Shown: positions 26,724 through 38,083 of the stretch, piece after piece
How positions within the stretch are numbered: position 1 is the stretch's first letter
Layout of the letters: every line of letters begins with the position of its first letter
Assembly (NCBI GenBank): GCA_043228905.1
Contig: JBHGNT010000008.1
Span: 19,344,001-19,408,000 of the forward strand
Length of the DNA: 64,000 nucleotides
DNA from: Azolla caroliniana
Taxonomy: Eukaryota; Plantae; Polypodiophyta
Reading direction: 5' to 3'
Translations under genes and position numbers: made by a program
The notes under the pieces: generated by a model
Seen by the model: the letters and a program-made list of their open reading frames with translations, nothing else
The model's database searches: none
What the model was told of the DNA's origin: nothing

Positions 26724-29700
26724 TCATTGTTCGGTTCCCCCCGATGTGTTCGGGTCGGTGCGCACTGTTGTCGGTTCCTCGTTGTTACGCGTCGGTGTCG
26801 GCTCCTCGGTCCTCCGGATCTGTGTCGGTTCCTCGCCATTCAGGATGTTCGGGTCTTGCTTGAAGGGGTTAGCTGGCATGTGCCCCTTATACGGTTTTAG
26901 GCGAAACCCATTTGCCCATTTGCCCACAACTTCTCCTGACAACGTCCCGAGCTGGTAAGACCCATTGTACTCCTTTGTGATCCAGAATGGTCCGGTCCAC
27001 CGAAATCGCAATTTCCCTGGCATGCTCCCCATCCTTGTCTGGAACAGTAATACAGGTTTCCCGACCTCGAATTCCTTTTCGTTACCGCGCCGGTGTCGGT
27101 CTACAAAGGCTTTCCTCCTCCTTTGCTCTAGTTCTAGCTGTAGCAGGCTGGTCATTCGGTTTTCCTCCAGTTCCAACAGCATCTCCATCCGGATTCGTTC
27201 AGATTCCTTCTCGCTTAACCGCTCCTTAACCTGTATTCTTAAGCTAGGAATTTGGAATTCTACTGGCATGACTGCTTCCAAGCCGAATGCCAGTCGGAAC
27301 GGGGTCGTCCGGATGCTAGTCTTGTACGCCGTTCGGTACGCCCACAGCACGCTCTGCAACTTCGTGTCCCAGTCGGTCCGGTTCTCATTGACGATTTTTC
27401 TAAGGATGTTCTGTAGCGTTTTGTTTGTTGATTCCGCTAATCCGTTGGCTTGAGGGTAGTAGGGAGTGCTTCGTTTGTGTACTACCGCATAGAATGATGT
27501 CAAACTTTCCACCACCTGCCCGAGGAAATGTCCTCCCTGGTCACTGATCAGCTCGATCGGGCATCCGTACCGACACCATATGCATTCGTATAAGAATTTG
27601 GCCGTGGACGCCGTCGTGTTGTCCCGTAGTGCCTTTGCTTCTACCCATTTGGTGCAGTAGTCGGTAGCCACTATTATATACCGATTTCCGGTCCGCATTG
27701 CCGGTGGCTTGAAGGGACCGACAAAGTCCAAGCCCCACTTTTGGAATGGTTCTAATGGCAAGACCGGGTGATGTGGCATCCGGGCCTGCTCCGTGGGTTG
27801 GCCCAGTCGTTGGCACAGGTCGCATTCCCTGCTATACTTAACGGCATCTCTCATGGTAGTCGGCCACCATAGTCCGCTCTGCCATATCTTCCGGGCTGTT
27901 GTTTCGCCGGCATAATGCCCGCCTGCAATTCCACAGTGGGCTTCCCTCAGGATCAGATCCTTTTCATCGCTCCGCATTGCTCGCCTCCATACGCCATCTG
28001 CCCCCTTGTGATAGAGGGTGTCTCCTACCAAGCAGAAATGTCTGCTCCGTACTGCCATCCTTTTCCGTTCGTCTCGGTCCAGGTTTTCCGGGCGGACTCC
28101 GGTGCTCAGGAACTGATGCATTTCGGTTAACCATTTGTCTTCGTCCGCTACTGTGGCCTCCGTTGCCGGTGCCGTCGTGACCCTAAACAGCTCGGCGTCG
28201 GGAAATTCGTCCTGTACGCCGTCCCCTGATTCTCCGGATTCTAGTCTGCTCAGGTAGTCTGCTACCGCATGCTGCACCCCGGGTCGGTGGAAAATGTCGA
28301 ATTCGAATTCCTGTAATAGCAGCGTCCATCGTGCGAGTTTTCCTGTCAGGGCTGCCTTTGAGACCAGGTAGAGTAGTGCCGAGTGGTCAACGTGGAAGGA
28401 GAACTTTCGTCCGAGCAGATAGTGCCTGTACTTTGTGACACTGTACACCATTCCTAATGCCTCTCGTTCCGTTGTAGAGTAGTTCCGTTCGGCTTTCGAG
28501 AGTTTCCTGCTTGCGTAGTACACTGGCCGATACCATTTCGGTTCCGTGAGTTGCATCAAAACGCTGCCGATTGCTACGTCCGACGCGTCGACGAAGACGT
28601 GAAAGCTTTTACTCCAGTCCGGCGGCTGCACCACCGGAGCTTGTGACAGCATGACCTTCAACGCTTGGTAGGCTTTCTCCTCCGTTTCTGTCCATTGGAA
28701 AGGTACTCTATGTACAGCAGCGTGTAATGGTGTAGCAAAGTCGGCAAGGTGCCGTATCATCCGACTATGCCACCTTATTTGACCAAGGAATCGGCTTAAA
28801 GCCTTTGCGTTATTCGGTGCCGGTGCGTCGAGAATTGCTTTTACTTTATCCGGATCTACCGCGATTCCTTCCCGACTCACCACGTGCCCTAATAGGTTGC
28901 CGCTTGCGACTCCAAAGACGCACTTAGCCGGGTTCAGACTTAATCGGTACTCGCGACACTTTTCTAAGCATAGTCGTAGGTGATCGAGATGTTCTCCGTG
29001 TCGGCTGTAGACGGCGAAATCGTCTAGGAACACCTGCATAAAACCGGGAATAAAATCCCCGAAGATTTCCATAATTATCCTTTGAAATGTTGCAGGGGCT
29101 GTCTTTAATCCGAACATCATCACGACCACGACGAACACTCCCCATTCCGTCACGAACGTTGTTTTCTCTTGGTCGGCCGGGTTCATTCGGATTTGGTTGT
29201 AGCCGCTGAATCCATCCAGGAAGCTGTAAACTTCGTGGCCGGCCACCGCATCTAGCACCCCGTCCGTGAATGGTAGTGGAAAAGCGTCGGTCACCGTCGC
29301 GGCATTTAGTTTCCTGTAGTCCACACATACCCGGATTTTGCCGTTCTTTTTCGGGACCACCACTATCGGGCTTAGCCAGGTTGCCTGCTTGACTGGTCGG
29401 ATAAATCCGACCCGGAGAAGCTTGTCAATTTCCTCCTTCACCTTTGCCGCATAGTTTGGATTCATCCAGTACCGACGTTGAGCGATGGGTTTCGCGTCAG
29501 TACTTAGATGAATTTGGTGCTGGTAGAGCTGGGGGTCCAACCCTCGCATGTCTTCGTATGACCATGCGAACACGTCCTTGAAATCCGTTAATAGTGCTAC
29601 CATTGCCTGTTTTTCCTCCTTCGGCAATTCCTTCGCGACTTTTACTGGTCGAGGTTGTTCTGTTGTGCCGAGGTCCACCTCTTCCAGCTGGGATGCTTTC

Positions 29701-32409
29701 ACCCTTTGGGATATCGTCATTTCTCTTTCTAGGGCCTCCTGTGCTTGGCGTAGTTCCCGGATCGCCGCTTTGTCCGGCTCGTCCGGCATTGTGATGTACG
29801 GCTCTACTGCTGCCGTGATATCCACCTCAAAAAGTGGGACGATCTGTGGGTGTTCCTCGAGGTACCGATCAACTTCCTCATCCGGTAAGCCCTCCAACAT
29901 GTTGATGCTTTCGGCATATAAAGGGGTTGCCTCTTTGCTAGTGAGTACCTGTGGTTGCGTGGCTACCCGTACCTTTGTTTTCCCTCGTCGGAACGTGATC
30001 ATATTCTTTTGCCAGTTTTGCTTGATATGCGCCATTCGCAGCCATAGTCGTCCTAACAGTAGGGGATATGCGCCTTGTACATTCAGCTCTAGTACCACGG
30101 CCGATATCCGGAATACGTGGCCCCCTATCGTTACTTCCAATTCCCGGATAAGACCGGTTGGTCGGACTGAGCTTGTATCCGCCATGCGTAACCAGAAGGG
30201 GCATGGTTCCCACTCCTGGATGCCTAGGTCGTCGCATGTTTGTCGGCTGATGACGTTCACCCCGGAGCCTCCGTCAATAATTGTTCCTGGAATCTCCTTT
30301 CCTTTGACGATTGTCGTGATTGCTGGGCTACTGGTATCGACCACCGCTGGGCCTTCCTCTGGGTTGGAGAAAAATGCCGGTGCTGGCGTCGACGTCGGTT
30401 TGCTCACGGCGGCTTGTAAGTCTGCTGTAAACCGCGGCACCAACTGCAGTAACCGTGCCGACGGCAGCACGATCTGACAATCTTGTAGTGCTTGCCATGT
30501 CGGGTTTTCTCCTGGCTGTACGATTTCCTCATCCTTTGGCATATTTTGGTCTCTTACTTGCGCCGCACCTTGTTCGTTGGCTTCTTTGATCCATTGTGCC
30601 GCTTGTTTTCTGATTGCTTCCTGGGCTTCCCATTCGGCGGCCTTCCCCTTCGACCGCGTGGTAACCTGCTGTACTTCGGCTGTCACCATGTTGACTGCCG
30701 GCTGCTTGTCGGTTGTTTTGCTTGGGCATTGATTACTGTAATGCCCCTCTTTTCGGCAGTAATAACAGTACACCCTGTGCGTGTTGCTGGATTCTCCTTT
30801 TTCCCCTGTTTGGGGAAGGGGCATTCCCCGGCGGTTGTCCTCGGTTTGTCGGTTCTCCGGTGCCGCTACTGGTTTGTCATTCCTTGCTGCCTCCCGACGC
30901 TCCTCTCTACGGAAGAATCCACGCCTTTGGTTCCGTCGGAAATTCCGGTTCCCTGGCCGCCTTTCTTCTCTGCGTCGCTCGTATTCCGGGGATTCGTCTC
31001 GGTCGTACCGGTCCCGGGGGTAGCTATCCCTGCGGTTCTCCTCTCGGTCATAGCTGTCGCGTCTTCTATCGGGGTATCTGTCGCCGCGTTCTCGTCGGTA
31101 GCGGTCGTCCCTCCGGAATCGATCCTCTTCCGGGTCCCGGTTGCGCGGTTCTATGTGTCGGACTGGTGCCGCTTGTCGAGTTAACAGGTTATACTCGCAT
31201 CGGTTCGTTGTGTGGGCGCGAGAATTGCATATCATGCACTGTGCACGCAGGGTGCAGTCGACGGTCGAGTGCCCCGAATTTAGGCATGTTGTGCATTGTA
31301 GGGCTTGTCGGAACCGGAGGTCCTCCTCCTTCGGAAGCGCCTGGTGTAACGCCCCCATCGGCAAGAAGGGGCTCGTCTTGTCCATTTCCAGGACCCGATC
31401 AATGACTTGGTCCATTGTGCTAGTGCTGAAATCGAGGATTCCACACATCGCTCGAAGTGGCTCTTTCAACGCAGCCAAAAAGACTGCTTTGGCCTCCTCT
31501 TCGGGTGGTGCTCTTGCTAATTGACTGTGCAAGGTCTGGAACCGAATGATAAATTGTGGGACCGTCTCGTTTTCTCCCTGCCGGGTGGCGTAAAAACTGG
31601 GTTTTCAATGCCTCGAACGTGGCGAAGCTGCCTGGTAAGTGCTTTGCGTGCCACCGGGCCGCCGGTCCTTCTAATGTCATGCCGAATTCGGCGACTTTGG
31701 ATCGGTCGGCCTCGGGCTCCGTCAGTCTCTGGGACACGTGGTTGGCTTCCCATGTTCGCAGGAATGCATACACATGTGCCTCTCCGTCGGGCTCATCCCG
31801 ATACTTTGGGTACGGATACGGCATCGTGTCGTCCCATTGATTCTCCTGCGCTGGTTCCTCCGAAGTCGGTATCCGCTCCTGCGGTTCCTCCGCGGGTGGT
31901 GTTGGTATCCGCTCCTGCGGTTCCTCCGCGGGTGGTGTTGATAACCGCTCCTGCGGTTCCTCCGCGGGTGGTGTTGGTATCCGCTCCTCCCTCCTCGGCG
32001 ATTGCCGGTCACCGAACTCCAGAGTTATTTCCTCCTCTGGCTCCGATGTTGCTGAGTAATCCGACTCAAAGGGGTTGTTCTCGTGGCTGCTTTTATAACG
32101 GGATCCCACGCTTTCCCCGCTATCCGAATCCGCCTCTAATGTTGCAAATGCCGTTGCGTCCCCGCCGCCGCCGGTGAGAGTCTGTAGTAGTGTCTCCGCT
32201 TCTTGGAGGCTGGTTATGCTACTGCCTTCGTCGGAAGCTTGTAGAACCTGGAACTGCAGTGCTTCTTCTGCGATTTGCCGAAGCGTTTTGGAGAATGACC
32301 GATCGCGCCGGATCTCGTCGACGGCTTGCTGCAGGGCTTCCCGTCGTCGCTGCCGTTCGGCGTGGCGTCTCCCTCTTTTGGTGATGTGGTCGTTATTTTG
32401 TCTAGACAT
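26724..32409 (-). CDS. Gypsy gag-pol (gag, 3 CCHC knuckles, protease, RT, RNase H, integrase); frameshift/deletion in gag near 31590
   Basis: CTTCLNSGHSTVDC, CMICNSRAHTTNRC and CYYCRKEGHYSNQC knuckles; IIDGGS protease; LDGFSGYNQI and FLDD RT; VDAS RNase H; HHCC, WGLDFVGP and ISDQG integrase after RNase H; no chromodomain. Confidence 0.93.
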
Positions 32410-33947
32410 CCATCCCCCGGTTGTCCTCTGCACTCTGCAGGAATCGTGGTCGCCAAAATAGTGTTGTATGTATGGCTGGACTAGCCGCAACACAGGTGTC
32501 TATCCGACACTTCTCCAAAGGGGTGGTAGGGATAGGATGTTAATACACGCGTATGATAATTACACTTAAGCACAGACGAAGACAAGATCAATAAACATAA
32601 GCAAGACTATATTAATTCTTCGTAACTTCATTACAAAACATCGGATCCTTTTATAGGCATCCGGCCATATTACAATCGGTGCTCTTAGGCAACCGTTAAC
32701 CGAAACCGAATCGGTTCGGATCCGGATCGGTTACAACTACCGGATTCGTCCCTCCTAATAATTCTATTCCTATTTCTATATTTATCCGATCCGACCTTGC
32801 TTTCCCATTTGCCTTCTCTGACCGGCCAACAGTTTCCTGGGCACTTCCTTCATTCTCGGTATCTTTATTAATATCGTATTCTTCAATAGAGAACTCTTCA
32901 CATGTGTCATTATTTACATTCCCTGTAGATGAGCTCAGACAATATTCTTCGATAGAATATGGTGAGTCGGTCGACAGACAATATTCTTCAATCGAATATG
33001 GTGACTCTGTCGACAAACAATACTCTTCAGTAGAAAACGATGGGTCTGATGACAAACAATATTCTTCAATCGAGAACGGTGAATCTTCACTCATGGCATA
33101 AGGTCTAGATAGGGCTCTCTAAGTTATGTGCTTAAGGTAAGGAAAAAAACTAATAAGCTCCTCTCTAAACATATACTCCTCTCTAAACATAAACTTCTCT
33201 CTAAACAAAAGCCAAATCAATAGAATGTCTATATTATGTAATATTCTATTAATACAATACATCAGAAAATTATTTTTAATAAAGTAATTGTACTTAAAAT
33301 ATCAATTATTATATAAACTACATCTATATGAAGTTAAATCAAGTAAAATATAAAACTAATCATTAACAAGCCATGAATATGTTGGATTAATGTTAAAATC
33401 ATTGGCTAATTAATGGCACCCATTTTAATATAGAACGTCTCACTCATTGGTTCTTTAATGCTCACCATTTTAAATATTAGACTTATCAATCATTGGTTAA
33501 TTCATGCCAACATCTTTAATACATAGTATTTGAGAGTCATAAAAATGGTTGCTTTTAGTAATCAATCATTGGTACATTCATGAACCTCTATCATTGTCTC
33601 CTTTATAACCTTTGAAGTCATTGTAGGTTGTTATGACTATAAAAGATTGATCAATATGTTAGTTTGACTTTGTAATCATTAATATAATTCATAAGTTACT
33701 CTAGTTAATGTGACTATGGTTACCAACTAACTATCCTCAAAGTTACCAACCTTGGTTAAGGTGACTATGGTTACTTTAACCAATGTTGTCAATCCCTATA
33801 AATAGGAAGACCTCGTCATATTTCACTCACAAGAGCGTACAGAGCGTACAGAGCACACAGAACGTAGAGAGCACACAAAGCACACAGAGCACACAGAGCA
33901 CAAAGCACGAAAGCGCGATCTCCGCCTCCACTTCCACACGATCAACC

Positions 33948-36900
33948 ATGTCTTCAAAGAGAATCGAGCGCGAGGACTCTAGGTAGGCCTCTGACCCTGT
34001 GGACATTTTTGTAAATATGTTTCGTTGCTCAAGAACTCGATACGCCATATTGAGTTCATGTATACAATACAAACTTTATACATGAACTCGATACGGCGTA
34101 TCGAGTTCATAATTTGTTTTGCTTTTTAAACGGGAACTCGATACGGCGTATCGAGTTCCTGTTTAAAACCTAAACATTAAACACGAACTCGTTACGCCGT
34201 ATCGAGTTCGTGTTTAAAGTGTAGGTTTTAAACGGGAACTCGATACGGCGTATCGAGTTCCTGTTTAAAGTTTAGGTTTTAAACACGAACTCGATACACC
34301 GTATCGAGTTCCCGTTTAAAAAGCAAAGAAAGCAGAGGAACTCGATACGGCGTATCGAGTTCCCGTTTAAAGTTTAGGAATTAAACAGGAACTCGATACG
34401 CCGTATCGAGTTCTTGTATAAAAGAAGGCTCTGAGAGAGAAAACTTGTGTTTTTGGGGTAACAAATAATTATGGGGTGGAAAAGATATCAAATTGTCTGG
34501 CAAAATCAGTCTTTTTTATGTTGACTTTCCTTACTTTTAAAAAAAAACATGCTCTAATTATAGGTGTTTTATGACCTACTTTAGCTTAAAATAGTAGAAA
34601 ATGATCCACAAATTGCCTTTACGATAGCAAATTCTCCTCAATACAGGTTTGGAATCTATATAAGTCATACCTACTATTTAAAAGAATATATAACCCTGTT
34701 TACTTATTACGATAAATATTTTCTTCACATGAATAGCCCTGCCTATAATAGATTTTTGAATATAGGATTGGTAGTGGGAACTGTTCTTCATGTTAATATA
34801 CAACCTTAATCTACGTGACTACCTAACTTATGTTTTTGCATATACTTTCTTAAATAGGTCGTTTGAGAACCTGTCGGACCGGCCCGTGAAGAAAATAAAG
34901 CTTCGCATACAAGGTTCTCCAATCGAAGCCCAGACCAAGGTAGCTCCAGAGACCATGAAGAGAGGAAAAAAGCTTCTCTTTAACGAAGAGACAAAATCTC
35001 AGCCACATAGTGATGTTAGACAAAAGAAACTTGTCGCCGCTACTGGAGGTGAAGACCTTCCTGACCGAGATCTAACGGACAAGGAATGGTGTATGCAATA
35101 TGTCGACTCAAAGAAAAAAGTCGTATTGTATACAGCAAAGAAGAAGGGTGAGGGGCAGCTTGGAAAGGAAACCCCATTTATGTATGGCCGTATTCTACGA
35201 TTTGACTACGAAGATGTAGATTCGGCCAACATACTGGTAATGATAGAGTGCTCCAAGGGGGTACGTAAAGTGTTCCTTTCAGAAGACCTTTTAGTAAAGG
35301 AATCTTGTGGGCCAGAAGCGTTCAAAAAAGCACTTGATAGCTCACAAAACCTTATTGTTACCTTGAGGCCTTATATACAAGGCCATGTAACTCTAAGAGA
35401 TGAAGTGCCCTCCCCATTGAAGGCCACAAAAAGGGTATCCAAAGTCCAGTCAAGACCACCAAAGAAGAAGACCACCAAAATGTCGGATACGTATTCAACA
35501 AGTGAAAACGAAGAGGAAGATAATAAGGGGACGCCAGGAGCTGAGCTGGCCTCGGGTGTTTTGTCATCCGAGCAGAATAAGATAAGGAGAGAGTTAATGC
35601 AACGGAAACTGGTCAGGAAAGGGCAAGTGTTTAATTTGCCTATAACACACATCCATTGGCCCCCTATTGATGAAAAAACAGGTCGACGACCACTTGAGAT
35701 TAGAGAGCCACACCGCATGCATGTTCAAAATCTCAAGAAAAAAATGAAAATTAATCCTCATGCCACTGTGGTGCCTTTTATTGTTATGGTAGATCTTGAA
35801 GAATGTGAAACCATTGAAGATTTTGATATTAGAAAGCATGATCAATATAATTATTTTGTCATTGGTGGATCGCATTCAGTAGAGGCACGTCGGCAACTTG
35901 TGAGAGAACATCCAACAACTTTCTTCTTCAAGTATGCCGAGTGAAAAATTTATGTTGGGCTCACAACCGAAGAGGCTAAGTTGTTGGCATGGGACCATAA
36001 TAATGATAATGACTATAGGCAGAAAATGTCGTCCATTGAGCGTATCCGGTTCTTCCACCACGAGTATTTAGACGTGAAACAAAAGTTTGGTGTGAAGTTA
36101 CATCCAGGCCTTCGACGTCAATGTTTGCATGAAGTCAGCATTGTGGTAGATGATAATGTTAGGTCCGATGGTCTTCGAAAGTATGAGTCTTGGTTTCAAT
36201 TGGCGTTTAGAGATGGAGAAGTATGGGACCTACAAGATCAAATCTTCTCAATGTGGGAGAATAAGGAGGTAAAGGGTCAACGACAAAAGAAATGTAGGGT
36301 TGACCCTCAACTAGAGTTAAAGTCACAAGCCGCCAAGAAAATTGACTTGACAATTGAAGAAGCGGCAGACGACATGAAGCTGTCTCTATGGAAAGCAATG
36401 CAAGGTATTAAGGACGAGCAGCTTCTTGTGTCGGTTTTGTCAAGGGTTGTGGCGAAAGATTTAAGCCTTGAAGAAATGGTCACTGAGTTCAATAAGTAAG
36501 TCTTTCAAATACTGAAATTGTAGTCTGTCTGGTGTAATTCAAAGTTCTAATCTTGATTTCTAATTTTACAATCATAAGGTGTACATGAAGATCCAAGAAG
36601 TTATGATGAAACAACTTGGATGTATAACTTGGGAACAAGTGACCGAGGATTATCCTCTAACGTCTTCGTATAAGGCGTTATCAGAGTATTTTATTGCATT
36701 CAAGGATTGGGTTAGTATTCATGGTTTTTCATTACCCTTTCATCATATGTAGAGCTTGTATAATAATACCTGATGTCCTATTGCTTCTATTAGAAACCGT
36801 GTCGAGGCAAGAAACAAGGAGAAGTTAAGGATATACACGATTTCCCTACATCCTTCCTTGCACATCTCGAGCGACCCAGAAAAGAAAAGGATCGTCGCTT

Positions 36901-38083
36901 AGTCAAGGCGTACGAAATGGAGGAAGATGGCTCCTTTAAAAAATTTAGCCACAAAAAAGATATTACGAGAGATCTTTACTACAATGTGGTTTGCGGTGAT
37001 GTCATCGACTTGATCCAGAAGGTGCCAAAGAAGGAATATACGCTAATTATTGCGGATATTCCTTACGGATTTCGTATGGCTGGGTCATCATACGACGATG
37101 AACCGTTTAGGTTTAAACAATTGGAGAAGATGGTCAAGGATTTCGCTGAGCTAACGACCGCATCCTTGTGGCGAATAGTTGTCTTTCATAGTATGGATCA
37201 AGGGTACTCGGTAGCTCAAGCTTTGAGATCTCGTTGCCATGGCATCGAGAACCTTGCATGGTAAGGATTATTTATAGGTGTCTTTCACTATATTGCATTT
37301 CTTAAGGTTGTTGAATCTATTCTTAACTCGATGAATTATTTTTTATAGGATCAAGACCAATGTAAATAGAGGGCCAACTTTTCGGTTCGTTAATGCCATT
37401 GAATACATAACGGTTGGCTACTTCGATGAAATTAAGAAACAGAGAATCAAAGAGCATTCTAATGAAGTGGGAGGTTCAAATCTGTTGGTATATCCAGCAG
37501 TGACACGGAAATTGCGACATGTCACCACGACAAAACGGGGACTTGTCAACCCATACCAAAAACCTCAACGACTTATGATGCGCTTGATCGAGATGTTTTC
37601 TGTCGAAGGAGACTGGATATTAGATCTCTTTTCTGGCACAGGTATTCCTCGAACTAGGGTAACGATCTTGAGATAACCAATCCCTTTTTTTTCGTTTGAC
37701 AACTAAATCTTATTGTTACTTACATCACAAGAACTACATCTGCATGTGCATTGAAGCTGTTTAGAAATACAGTTGCATTGGAGAAGGACGAGGACCAAGT
37801 TATATTTATTAATATGCAGATTAAGGCTTTGTGGGAGTGCCTAGACCAGCATGAGGAGGTCGGTGCAAAGAACCTCGCCAATACAGAAAGGTTTCAACCT
37901 GCTTCGCGAGAGCCTATTCCTCCGTTAGCCGGCGAACCGGGGGAGCTAATAGAGCTTGATGATGAGCTTATAGAAGATATTTCGTTGGCTCGGCTAACAG
38001 GGGAAACCAATGCACGTATAGCCGAAGACAGTTCTACACAAGATGATGAAGAAAATGACGTTGATGAATTGATTGCTATGTAA
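33948..38083 (+). pseudogene. Transposon-borne six-exon gene: ParB/Srx-like domain plus beta-class N6-adenine/N4-cytosine DNA methyltransferase (about 974 aa reconstructed)
   Basis: Exons 33948-33982, 34858-36495, 36572-36710, 36794-37260, 37349-37641 and 37731-38083 join in frame (2925 nt). Motifs: CGDVIDLI..IIADIPYG, W.K.N, NPYQKPQRLMMRLIEMFSVEGDWILDLFSGTGTTSACALKLFRNTVALEKD. ParB-like segment PFIVMV..YFVIGGSHSVEA..EEAKLLAWDHN. One nonsense codon (35942-35944) and two acceptors reading CAA. TATA box cctataaata near 33796. Confidence 0.85.
34033..34413. repeat. Array of eight 25-bp palindromes GAACTCGATACGSCGTATCGAGTTC, 51-bp period, in intron 1 of the MTase gene
   Basis: Copies start at 34033, 34084, 34134, 34185, 34236, 34287, 34338 and 34389, separated by 25-26 bp A/T-tract spacers. 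Confidence 0.95.

Larger units (their letters stand above)
22774..32831 (-). mobile_element. Ty3/Gypsy (non-chromovirus-like) LTR retrotransposon, young, TSD GTTTC
   Basis: 370-bp LTRs at 22774-23143 and 32462-32831, about 3 differences by eye. GTTTC at 22769-22773 and 32832-32836. Minus-strand TATA (cctataaaag) in the LTR and PBS-like TGGCGACCAC at 32455-32446. Confidence 0.95.
20298..33094 (-). pseudogene. DDE-type transposase (DUF7869/Sola1-like), split by the Gypsy insertion: segments 33094-32832 and 22768-20298
   Basis: Motifs IDGMDQ, LYIQLDNTARENKN and VNFLLVGHTHDHIDQMFS, plus Cys-rich N-terminal motifs (CCAHGC, CSIC). The frame rejoins across the Gypsy TSD (AQET|LNNIGD). There is an in-frame stop at 22537-22539 and a frameshift/deletion near 21975. 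Confidence 0.85.

Noticed and set aside
23109-32461. Numerous long plus-strand ORFs within the Gypsy element
   Set aside because: Antisense shadows of GC-rich gag-pol and the extra ORF, with no independent motifs.
33783-33986. 67-aa ORF with STQ repeats
   Set aside because: Translation of an agagcacac 5'-UTR repeat; only the last 35 nt from ATG 33948 form exon 1.
34033-34413. CRISPR array (palindromic repeats with constant-length spacers)
   Set aside because: Eukaryotic intron context, no cas genes, spacers related to each other and A/T-tract rich, and repeat orientation flips. Kept as a non-CRISPR palindrome array.
33948-38083. Bacterial contamination as the source of the methyltransferase
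   Set aside because: The gene has spliceosomal-type introns and sits inside TIRs with a TSD, nested in a plant Copia element.
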